Shown here piece by piece: positions 48,764 to 57,467 of a stretch of 64,000 bases of DNA. Every line of letters begins with the position of its first letter. Position 1 is the stretch's first letter. The stretch covers positions 872,690 through 936,689 of the forward strand of contig OY969472.1 in assembly GCA_963700155.1 (NCBI GenBank), written 5' to 3'. This DNA comes from an uncultured bacterium (GTDB lineage Bacteria > Patescibacteriota > Dojkabacteria > J137). Made by a program: the position numbers and the translations under genes. Under the pieces are notes generated by a model that saw nothing but the letters and a program-made list of their open reading frames with translations, was not told the origin of the DNA and did not search any database.

Positions 48764-50728
48764 ATGGATAAAATTAAAGAATTATTTAAAAAATATAGAA
48801 CTTATTTTTCACTCCTAATAATTTTAGGAATTGTACTATATCTTGTACTTCAACTTCCTGTGTTTATAGACTTTAATAATCTTATGGTTGATCCCCTTTT
48901 AGGGGATATAGATGCAAGAAAAGAGATAGTTGTTGTTGGTATTGATGATAATTCTTTACATCAAATTGGTGCTTGGCCGTGGACAAGAGATGTTTTTGCA
49001 AATGCTTTAAAAAATATTGATACTCAAAAACCAGCAGTTGTTGGTATAGATGTTTTATTTTTAGAAAATAGATCTGGAGATACTGAGTTTTCAAATATTA
49101 TTAAGAATGAAAATATTCCTGTTGTACTTGGGAGCAAAATTTCAGGAGATTCGATTCTTAAGAGTGTTTACGATGGAGAAACTAATGTATATTCAGGTTT
49201 TGTAAATTTTGCTCCCGATCGAGACGGTAAAATTCGTAATACACAAATATTTGAAAACTCAAATGGTAATTGTGAAGTTAGTTTTGCAACTGCATTATCT
49301 GCTAAATATTTCTCATTAGATCCAAATACTCTTTGTACAACAGATTTTAAGTTAAGAAATAATTCTTATCAGCTAATTTCAAATAATAGTCTACAGTTTA
49401 GTTACACACATCAATCATTCACAACAATATCATTTGCTGATGTTTTAAATAATAAATTTTCTGAAGATTTTTTTAAGAATAAAATAGTTTTAATTGGGTC
49501 AACAGCTTTAGATGTACGATCTGAACTTAATGATAATTTCACTGATATTTTTGGGGAAACAATTCCTGGAATTCAAATTCATGCGAATATTATAAATAGC
49601 TTTTTGCAGAATTCTTTTTTCAGTGAGCCTTCTACTCTACTGGTAACTATAATTTATATATTATTAACTATAATCTTTGCTTATCTTTTCTTAAGAGTTA
49701 CAAAGGCACTTTATGATTTCTTAATAATGGTTTTATTCCAGTTAATTAATTTTGTATTAACTTTACTATTAATAAGTTTTGGTATTATTCTTCCTTTTGT
49801 TCCTGTAGCAATATTTATTTTTGCTATTTATATTTTTAGCCTTGCATATAGATATCTAACAAAATCGAAAGAAAGCCAATATGTTAAAACTATTTTCTCA
49901 CGGTATTTAAATCAGAAATTACTAAACATACTTTTACAAAATCCGGAAAAACTTCAACTTGGAGGAGAAACACGAGAAATGACTGTACTCTTTTCAGATA
50001 TTAGAAGCTTTACGACACTTTCAGAAGGTTTAAAACCTAATGAGCTTATTGATATGTTGAATAACTATTTAGGCTATATGACAGAAATTATTTTAAATCA
50101 TAATGGAACAGTCGATAAGTACATTGGAGATGCGATTATGGCTTTCTGGAATGCCCCACTGGATGATGCGAATCATCAGACAAATGCTGTAGAGAATGCA
50201 TTAGCAATGAAGAATCAATTAGAGAAATTTAATGAAATAAATCCTCAATATCCAACGATTAATATTGGAATTGGAGTTAATTCAGGTGAAATGACAGTTG
50301 GAAATGTTGGAGGAGAAAATAGATTCGATTATACAGTTTTAGGTGATAATGTTAATTTAGGTTCAAGACTTGAAGGCTTAACAAAAAAATACGGTGTTGT
50401 AATTATCATTTCAGAGGCTGCAAAAATAGGGGTTAAGAATTCAAATATATTATTTAGACTTCTGGATGATGTTAAAGTTAAAGGTAAGAGTGAGTCAGTA
50501 AAGATATATGAACCATATTGGAAAGATAATATTGAACTTGAGAAGAAAGTTAAAATTTATACTGAAGGTTTTGAGCTATATCAAAAAGGGGAGTTTAAAA
50601 AATCAAAAGAAATTTTACAGAAAAATATCGAAGATAAACCATCAATAATGTTAATTGAAAGAATTGATGAACTAATGGTTAATCCACCAGAAGATTGGCA
50701 TGGTGTATGGAAATGGGAAGAAAAATAA
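48764..50728 (+). CDS. CHASE2-sensor class III adenylate/guanylate cyclase
   Basis: The CHASE2 hallmark 'VVVGIDDNSLHQIGAWPWTRDVFANAL' is followed by TM helices. The cyclase core reads 'EMTVLFSDIRSFTTLSE...GDAIMAFWNAP'. Confidence 0.75.
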   Translation: MDKIKELFKKYRTYFSLLIILGIVLYLVLQLPVFIDFNNLMVDPLLGDIDARKEIVVVGIDDNSLHQIGAWPWTRDVFANALKNIDTQKPAVVGIDVLFLENRSGDTEFSNIIKNENIPVVLGSKISGDSILKSVYDGETNVYSGFVNFAPDRDGKIRNTQIFENSNGNCEVSFATALSAKYFSLDPNTLCTTDFKLRNNSYQLISNNSLQFSYTHQSFTTISFADVLNNKFSEDFFKNKIVLIGSTALDVRSELNDNFTDIFGETIPGIQIHANIINSFLQNSFFSEPSTLLVTIIYILLTIIFAYLFLRVTKALYDFLIMVLFQLINFVLTLLLISFGIILPFVPVAIFIFAIYIFSLAYRYLTKSKESQYVKTIFSRYLNQKLLNILLQNPEKLQLGGETREMTVLFSDIRSFTTLSEGLKPNELIDMLNNYLGYMTEIILNHNGTVDKYIGDAIMAFWNAPLDDANHQTNAVENALAMKNQLEKFNEINPQYPTINIGIGVNSGEMTVGNVGGENRFDYTVLGDNVNLGSRLEGLTKKYGVVIIISEAAKIGVKNSNILFRLLDDVKVKGKSESVKIYEPYWKDNIELEKKVKIYTEGFELYQKGEFKKSKEILQKNIEDKPSIMLIERIDELMVNPPEDWHGVWKWEEK

Positions 50729-50730
50729 AA

Positions 50731-51891
50731 TCAGTTTTCAATATTAATTTCTGTCAGTTTACCTATATCAATACTATCAATAATGTCGTATACCTGTTGA
50801 ATAGTATCTACATTTGTTACACAAAATAAGGGCATTAAACTGTAGAAAATACTATTAAGATTATTCACCAATCTATTCAACATCTCTCTATAACTAACAG
50901 CATCAATAGTATCTTCTAGATTGTAGTCATCGATATATTTTTTATTTAAGTTTAACCAGAAATCTGCTAATTTAAATTTAAAGTTGCTATCACTATTCCC
51001 ATTTGATACTAGATGATTATACAAATCAATTAGTGATTGATCACCTACCTCTCTAATCTCACTTAACAAATCAGACTCTGGAATTTGAGTTGGTTTAAAT
51101 TCTATTTTATTTTTTATTGATTGCCAGTTTGGAAACCTTTCTTCATCAAAAACAATATTTATTGATATCAAGTTTTCAATTAAGTCTGCTTTATTTCCTT
51201 TAAAAATATTGCTATTAATAATAAAAATAATTGGATCAAATATTGTATCAATTAAGTAGGATACATCTGAAAGTCCGAATGTATGAGTTGAAGTCCAAAT
51301 ATCTACAAGGTTGGTTATATATAATTTTATATGATCAAGTATCATCCTTTTTTTAAACTCTTCGATTAAACCATTATTTTCTATTGCAGTGTTTAGTTCT
51401 TTATATCTTTTTCTAGAATGTTCTATTATTTCAACACTAGGACTTTTACTTTCAATTCCTGTAGATTGTGAAACTTGAACATCAGAAGGATCATAAGATG
51501 AATTATCTTCTAAGTATTTTTCTAATTGTTTTAATATTTCTTCTAAGGTAGTCAAATCAGCATTCGAAAGATATTCTCCTAACTTGTTAAAATCTGATAA
51601 ATCACATAGCATTAATATCTTGTTTGTTGTATAGAAACATACTTGTGGAAGTGAGTTTTTAAAGGACGTTTCTTCTTCATCAAATTCTAATGCTAAATAG
51701 GAAACATAATTAAAAAAATCTAATAGGAGTTTAGCAAGATCTTGTCTATCCTTTTGCATAGTAAACATATTTTCTTCGCTAGTCCTATCAATTGTATCAG
51801 TTCTAAATTCGGCAAATTTTTGTATAAGTGCTTTGTAGAAATAACTTCTTTTTGGATTTTCTGGTTGAGCTCCGAGGATTTGATTGTTCAT
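50731..51891 (-). CDS. Hypothetical protein
   Basis: The ORF is 386 aa with no Walker or nuclease motifs. It is divergent from the GIY-YIG/ASCH gene. Confidence 0.35.
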   Translation of the reverse strand: MNNQILGAQPENPKRSYFYKALIQKFAEFRTDTIDRTSEENMFTMQKDRQDLAKLLLDFFNYVSYLALEFDEEETSFKNSLPQVCFYTTNKILMLCDLSDFNKLGEYLSNADLTTLEEILKQLEKYLEDNSSYDPSDVQVSQSTGIESKSPSVEIIEHSRKRYKELNTAIENNGLIEEFKKRMILDHIKLYITNLVDIWTSTHTFGLSDVSYLIDTIFDPIIFIINSNIFKGNKADLIENLISINIVFDEERFPNWQSIKNKIEFKPTQIPESDLLSEIREVGDQSLIDLYNHLVSNGNSDSNFKFKLADFWLNLNKKYIDDYNLEDTIDAVSYREMLNRLVNNLNSIFYSLMPLFCVTNVDTIQQVYDIIDSIDIGKLTEINIEN

Positions 51892-51986
51892 AATTGTTAC
51901 TAATAAAAATTGTCTTAAATGTTAACATGTTGTGACATCGTTAGACAATTCTAAAATATTATTAATAGAAAAGGTAAAATAACAAT

Positions 51987-52658
51987 ATGTATTTTCTATA
52001 TATTTTAAAATGTTCAGATAATTCTTTTTATACAGGTATAACGAATAATATAAAGAATAGAATCAAAGTTCATGAAAATGGTAAAGGATCGAAATATGTA
52101 CGTTCGAGATTACCTGTTGAACTAATTTATTCAGAGAAGTATAAAACTAAGTCTTTAGCATTGAGAAGAGAGATCGAAGTAAAAAGTTTATCTAAATCCG
52201 AGAAATTAAAATTACTTAATTCTAAAAATAATAAAGTTCATATTGCTATTATGAAAAAAAGTTGGAAAATGATTCCTAAGATTTTAACAGGAGAGAAATA
52301 TATTGAAAGTAGATGGTATAAAAATAAAGTTATTCCCTGGGGTAAAATTTCTAAAGAAGATACTATATTTTTCAAGGATTCAGGAGGAATGGTTGAAGCA
52401 TCAGCAAAAGTAATGAGAGTTTTACAATTTAAAGATTTAGATTGGGAGAAAACGCAAGAGATATTAAAAAAATACAATGATGGAATAAGACTTATTAATC
52501 AAAATGATAAAGAATTTTTTAAGAATAAAAGATATTGTATATTAATATTCCTAAAAGATATTAAGAAAGAGCTGAAGCCTTTTTTGATCAACAAAAAAGG
52601 CTTCGGCTCTTCATGTGCATGGATAACCGTTGATAATGTAAACCAATTGAAAAAATAA
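51987..52658 (+). CDS. GIY-YIG nuclease domain fused to an ASCH (PUA-like) domain
   Basis: The N-terminal 'MYFLYILKCSDNSFYTGITNNIKNRIKVHENGKGSKYV' is a GIY-YIG motif. The C-terminal 'KILTGEKYIESRWYKNKVIPWGKISKEDTIFF' resembles the ASCH GxKxxExR beta-barrel. Confidence 0.55.
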   Translation: MYFLYILKCSDNSFYTGITNNIKNRIKVHENGKGSKYVRSRLPVELIYSEKYKTKSLALRREIEVKSLSKSEKLKLLNSKNNKVHIAIMKKSWKMIPKILTGEKYIESRWYKNKVIPWGKISKEDTIFFKDSGGMVEASAKVMRVLQFKDLDWEKTQEILKKYNDGIRLINQNDKEFFKNKRYCILIFLKDIKKELKPFLINKKGFGSSCAWITVDNVNQLKK

Positions 52659-52659
52659 T

Positions 52660-52949
52660 TTAGAAGCTTATATCTCCAATATGTCCATCTTTAAATTCTT
52701 CGATTTCCTTATACCATTCTATAACACTACTTTTCAGAATCTGTTGTGTATTAGGATCGTTAACATAACTTTCCATTTGTTCTTTTGTTTCCCACAGTGA
52801 AAAACGTAATACACATCATCTTCACCTATTTCTTTAAAGGTTCTTAAACCAATTAATCCAAGAGATTCTCTAATATTAAATGTTGTTTTATTCCACTTGA
52901 CAAGATTCTGTATCTCATTACTTTTAACTTTTGCAAGTATTGCTACCAT
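52660..52949 (-). pseudogene. ABM-type (antibiotic biosynthesis monooxygenase/Dabb-like) gene split by a frameshift near a T5 homopolymer (~52795)
   Basis: The track ORF 'MVAILAKVKSNEIQ...DDVYYVFHC' continues in another frame as 'WETKEQMESYVNDPNTQQILKSSVIEWYKEIEEF...'. Together these form an ABM-like fold sequence. Confidence 0.4.
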
Positions 52950-53007
52950 ATTTAGGTACTAAAAATAGATTTTAATAAAGAATTAAATTTTAAATGAAAA
53001 TTATTTA

Positions 53008-53145
53008 TTATAGTGTTCCTCTTTTCATGGCTTTTGCTAGCTTTTTAGCTTTTCTTGCTTCTTTAGCCTGTTTATTACTTTTAGGCTTCTTAGCATCCAT
53101 GTCTTTAGGTGTTTGTTTTTGATTCCCTTTATCTCTGTTTGACAT
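53008..53145 (-). CDS. 45-aa highly basic Lys-rich peptide (MSNRDKGNQKQTPKDMDAKKPKSNKQAKEARKAKKLAKAMKRGTL)
   Basis: It was found manually in the 630-bp gap upstream of 53287. Shine-Dalgarno support is weak. Confidence 0.25.
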   Translation of the reverse strand: MSNRDKGNQKQTPKDMDAKKPKSNKQAKEARKAKKLAKAMKRGTL

Positions 53146-53286
53146 AAATAGGAATTAAAAAATAATATTATATACAGTATAAATTAAAATCGACTTTATT
53201 AAAATACGGTCCCGTTAATCTTTAAGATGGGTTAACGAATATTAATTTATGATAGAATAAAAATTAATACCTTTAATTGAAATCTT

Positions 53287-53706
53287 ATGCAAGAATCTGA
53301 TAATCGATTTTATAAGCTGCCATCTTTAGTTCTTTTATTCATAGGCTTAATTGATTTACTTCGTGGATTCTTGCATACATTTGCAGTGAATTGGGCATCA
53401 ACAACTTTTGCACATTTAGACTTAACTGTGGCAAAGGAAAATCAGCTATGGCTTCTCGGAGTTTTTGGGATTTCAAATATCTTAACTGGATTAATATATA
53501 TTTTAATAAGCAGGAAGGCTAAACATTTATCGCCCTATGTATTAGGAATAATTCCTTTTGCTTACTTAATTGGGATAGTAGGATTAAGAGTTTCAGGGAT
53601 TTCTCCTCAGTCAGATTTTGATGGTAAATATTTTATGATTATTTACTTGGGAGTTTGTTTATTAACTTTCGTATTGTTTGCTTACAATAAATATATTAAG
53701 AAGTAG
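53287..53706 (+). CDS. Polytopic membrane protein, hypothetical
   Basis: The ORF is 139 aa with four hydrophobic helices. Confidence 0.35.
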   Translation: MQESDNRFYKLPSLVLLFIGLIDLLRGFLHTFAVNWASTTFAHLDLTVAKENQLWLLGVFGISNILTGLIYILISRKAKHLSPYVLGIIPFAYLIGIVGLRVSGISPQSDFDGKYFMIIYLGVCLLTFVLFAYNKYIKK

Positions 53707-53900
53707 TTTATCGTAAACTTCAAATTTAGAATCTAAAACTTTATCTACTTTTATTGAATTCCTTTAAATGATTGTAGATTTTTTTCACTAAATAAATATT
53801 GTTCTGTTATTCTGCAGACATTACTTTTTTCGATTGAACTTTTCTAAGTAATAATTTAAGACAAATTTAAATATCGTTATCCGTATGTTATTATCTTTAT

Positions 53901-54815
53901 ATGAATATATTTGGTAGTAAGAAAAATCAACCCATTGATAATTCATTCAATGAATCAAATGAATTATTCGCAAAAGAACCAGATTTTAATCTGGATTTTT
54001 CAAAATATCCTGATGGATTTCCCGTAGAAAGACTTTTAAGAGTGCAAAATGGTATTGATTTTAATAATTATAATCCTCAATGGACAGGAGAAAGAGAATT
54101 ATATACTGCAGATGAAAAAAATGTTCGAATAGAGAATGGTGTTTTGGTTTTACAAGCAAGAGTTGAAAAAATTTCAGATCAGGGTCAGAATTTTATGCAT
54201 ACTTCCGGCAGAGTTGATACTCAAGCAGGTGAATTTGCATTTGCTGCAAAGTATGGAAAGTTTGTTGTAAGAGCTAAGTTGCCTTCAGGGATTGGGACAT
54301 GGCCTGCAATTTGGATGCTTCCAATAGGTGGTGCTGGGGAACTTATGGATCAGTTGAATCCAGAAGAACAATCATCAGATTTAAAATATCAGGCAGGTGG
54401 AGAGATCGATATTATGGAATTTTTAGGAACTGATGATGGAAAGTTTTATAGTACAGCACACACATTTCACAGCATAATTAATAGAATTCATAATTCTGGT
54501 GAGATACAACTTCAGGATTTATCTGAAAATTATCATGAATTTGGTGTTGAGTGGTTACCTAATAGATTAATTTTTACACTTGATAATAAAAGAGTTTATT
54601 CTATAGATAGAAATTCAGATGATTTCAGGTATTGGCCATTTTATAGACCTTTTTATATTATTCTTAATCTTGCAATGGGAGGTATTTGGAATGATCAGCA
54701 ACTTGGATTAAAAAAAGCACTTTATAGAGATGGGATAGATGATTCTCAAGAACAAAACTGGAAATTTTCAATTGCTTCAGTTAGGCATTTCCCATATTTA
54801 CCTAGTAGTGATTAA
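53901..54815 (+). CDS. Glycoside hydrolase family 16 (laminarinase/beta-glucanase-like)
   Basis: The GH16 catalytic motif 'GEIDIMEFLG' (ExDxxE) sits in a beta-jelly-roll sized protein. Confidence 0.7.
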   Translation: MNIFGSKKNQPIDNSFNESNELFAKEPDFNLDFSKYPDGFPVERLLRVQNGIDFNNYNPQWTGERELYTADEKNVRIENGVLVLQARVEKISDQGQNFMHTSGRVDTQAGEFAFAAKYGKFVVRAKLPSGIGTWPAIWMLPIGGAGELMDQLNPEEQSSDLKYQAGGEIDIMEFLGTDDGKFYSTAHTFHSIINRIHNSGEIQLQDLSENYHEFGVEWLPNRLIFTLDNKRVYSIDRNSDDFRYWPFYRPFYIILNLAMGGIWNDQQLGLKKALYRDGIDDSQEQNWKFSIASVRHFPYLPSSD

Positions 54816-54827
54816 AGTTTAAAGATA

Positions 54828-55724
54828 TTAATCTCCTACTCTTTCAGCAAAAAATACCACTTTTGCATCATAAGTACTTAAATCATTTGGATCGAAAACA
54901 TTAGGATCTGATGTAAAACCAACAATAGCACCATTATTTATACTACCAAAATAAGTTGGGTGAATTACTCTATCTACAGCAAAACCGCTTTTAACTTTAT
55001 AACTTTCAATAACCTTATAAGTCCCAATACTTTGCCCATTAACATTAAGAGAGAATACAGTTCCTACGTTTTCAGAAAGGTAAACTAATTGTTTTCCAAA
55101 ATCATAAAAGTTATGTCCCCAGAGCATATTTATTCCATAACTATAGTCAGTTGCATAACATAATCTTTCCCCAGAATCCTGAAAAGGAGAGCATGCATCT
55201 GCATTTAGATTAAGGTCAGGTATGTACTCAATACCATAAGTCCGATTTACTGCTATATATAAATATAAAGCATACATATCCCCATCTTTTACACCATCAC
55301 CATTAAGATCAACAACTGCCCATTGATTATACTCTCCCTCATATCCAAGTATTTTCACCATAGTTCCTCGTCTGTAACTTCTTATTATAGGTAACTCTGT
55401 ACTTGGTCCTGCTCTTAAATTCAATCCTTTTGAACTGACAAAAGCAGTAAGACCAAATGGAGATAATTCTTGTTCTGAACTATCAGAATATATCTTCCCT
55501 TGAATCGTAGTAATAATTATTAGAGCAGACGTTATTAACCTTTTTATTTTTAAAGGTGTTTTTTTTCTATGTAAATATTTTCTTAATACTTGTTCATATT
55601 GAATTATATTATTTAAATTCATGTCTAACTCTAAAAATGTAGATAGAAAACTAAGAATGTTATTAGTATTTTCAGGGAGATTTTCTGATTCTATTGATTT
55701 GTTTTCGCCGTGCTTATCATTCAT
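54828..55724 (-). CDS. Membrane-anchored SH3b-domain protein
   Basis: A TM helix is followed by 'LNLRAGPSTELPIIRSYRRGTMVKILGYEGEYNQWAVV', which is typical of a bacterial SH3. The C-terminal domain is unassigned. Confidence 0.4.
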   Translation of the reverse strand: MNDKHGENKSIESENLPENTNNILSFLSTFLELDMNLNNIIQYEQVLRKYLHRKKTPLKIKRLITSALIIITTIQGKIYSDSSEQELSPFGLTAFVSSKGLNLRAGPSTELPIIRSYRRGTMVKILGYEGEYNQWAVVDLNGDGVKDGDMYALYLYIAVNRTYGIEYIPDLNLNADACSPFQDSGERLCYATDYSYGINMLWGHNFYDFGKQLVYLSENVGTVFSLNVNGQSIGTYKVIESYKVKSGFAVDRVIHPTYFGSINNGAIVGFTSDPNVFDPNDLSTYDAKVVFFAERVGD

Positions 55725-55947
55725 CCGCGGTTTAAGACAAAGTTTATCTATTATAGTATTTTACTAGAATTTTAAAGTGATTGAAACTATATTGCTGCCA
55801 TTAAAAAGGATATACCTATTATGTTCTAACATATTAAATAAGATAATCATTGCTTGTTAAACAAAAAACACTATTTTTTAATAGAAACTTAGAAAGATAA
55901 GAGTTATTATGGTAAGGAAATATATTTTTAATTTTTAGAATAAATTT

Positions 55948-56247
55948 ATGGAAGATACACAAGGTAAGGGATTAGATAAACTAATGAAAGCATCCCCTGA
56001 ATTACAGGCAATAGTAGGTCAAGAGATGATTTCAAGAAAAATGGCTATTAAAGGCATATGGGATTATATTAAATCAAATAATTTACAAGATCCTGAAGAT
56101 AAAAGAACTATAGTACCCGATGAAAAGTTAAAGAAAGTTTTTGGAGGCGAAGATAGAGTAAATATGATGAGTATCGCAAAGCATCTTTCAAATAATTTAT
56201 CATCTGTTGATGCGGCAGCTGATGACTCTATGCCTATGGCTGCATAA
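55948..56247 (+). CDS. SWIB/MDM2-domain protein
   Basis: 'MAIKGIWDYIKSNNLQDPEDKRTIVPDEKLKKVFGGEDRVNMMSIAKHLSNNL' matches the SWIB consensus (W.YIK...LQDP..kr.I..D..L..vfg....v.mf.m.k.l..Hl). Confidence 0.75.
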   Translation: MEDTQGKGLDKLMKASPELQAIVGQEMISRKMAIKGIWDYIKSNNLQDPEDKRTIVPDEKLKKVFGGEDRVNMMSIAKHLSNNLSSVDAAADDSMPMAA

Positions 56248-56271
56248 GCTTTTGGTTTTGAAAATAATTTA

Positions 56272-56299
56272 AAAGGCGGGGCTAGAAAGCCCCGCCTTT
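56272..56299 (+). terminator. Rho-independent terminator AAAGGCGGGGCT-agaa-AGCCCCGCCTTT
   Basis: A 12-bp perfect stem with a T-rich tail sits 25 nt after the SWIB stop codon. Confidence 0.55.
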
Positions 56300-56390
56300 C
56301 CTATTTAATTAAAGTCATAAACAATTCAAAATTTAGCAGTGTTAATAAATTTTTGATAAACTAATTATTATTTGTTTAAAATTTTAAAAG

Positions 56391-57398
56391 ATGGATAGTC
56401 AAAATACTCCTACTTTACCTATCGAAACTAAACCTTCCAAAACTCTTCTACAAAAATATTGGTGGGTACTATTGCTTATCGCTGTAGCTTTAATTATTGT
56501 TCTTATACTATTGGTACCGGGATTATTCAATCAGAACTCTTTATTAAATAATCAAACTTCTCAACAACAGGCTACAATTGAACCTAAATGGGTTGAACAA
56601 GGACCTGCAGTTGCTGGAAATTATGCTGATTCCGATGTTGTTAAGTTGGATAATGGTACATTTCGTATGTATTACGCAATTGAGCCTGAAGTCCCTGGTA
56701 ATAATCATGAAATTTATTCTGCTACTTCTTCAGATGGAAAGACTTGGACTCAAGAAGATGGAGTTAGATTAACAGGAGCTGCTTTTCCTGATGTGTTTGA
56801 ACTTCCAGATGGCACTTGGAGAATGAATGTACAAGGAGATAATGCAATTATAAGTTATAAATCTAGTGATGGCTTATCTTGGTCCAAGGAAAATGGAGTT
56901 AGAATTGATACAAAGGAAACTGATTTTACAATTGATAGAGTTGCTGCACCGACAACTCTAAAAGTTTCTGATGGACTTTATATTATGGTTTATGTTGGAA
57001 GCTCTTCGACTGAAACTTATAGTACTTTGGGACCAAATAGTGGTACAAGCTTATTATTCTGGGCAACGTCTGCTGATGGTTTTACTTGGATAAAGAAAGG
57101 CATTGCAGTTGATTCCAGAAATGAAACTCTTTTAGGAAATTTAGATGGACCAGATTTATATATGTCTTCTGATGGAGTTATCCATTTGTATTTTTTTGAC
57201 TATCTAGGAATTTATGAGAGTACTTTCTCAAATGGCGTATTTAGTGATCCAACATTAGTTTATCCTGCTCCTAATCCTGATAATAATGCTTTCCCTTCAA
57301 ATCCACCAGGTGATCCAAGTGTAATTGAGATTGATGGGACTTTGTTTATGTACTATGGATACCATACTAAAGGGATTTATTATGCAATAAGAGAATAA
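56391..57398 (+). CDS. BNR/Asp-box repeat protein (sialidase-like beta-propeller glycosidase), membrane-anchored
   Basis: A TM helix is followed by three Asp-box-like repeats: 'SATSSDGKTWT', 'KSSDGLSWS' and 'ATSADGFTWI'. Confidence 0.5.
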   Translation: MDSQNTPTLPIETKPSKTLLQKYWWVLLLIAVALIIVLILLVPGLFNQNSLLNNQTSQQQATIEPKWVEQGPAVAGNYADSDVVKLDNGTFRMYYAIEPEVPGNNHEIYSATSSDGKTWTQEDGVRLTGAAFPDVFELPDGTWRMNVQGDNAIISYKSSDGLSWSKENGVRIDTKETDFTIDRVAAPTTLKVSDGLYIMVYVGSSSTETYSTLGPNSGTSLLFWATSADGFTWIKKGIAVDSRNETLLGNLDGPDLYMSSDGVIHLYFFDYLGIYESTFSNGVFSDPTLVYPAPNPDNNAFPSNPPGDPSVIEIDGTLFMYYGYHTKGIYYAIRE

Positions 57399-57467
57399 TC
57401 ATATTGCGTTGCTTTACTAAAATGGTATATTAGTAGTAAGCCATTATTTCTTATTCCTTTTTTTAAC

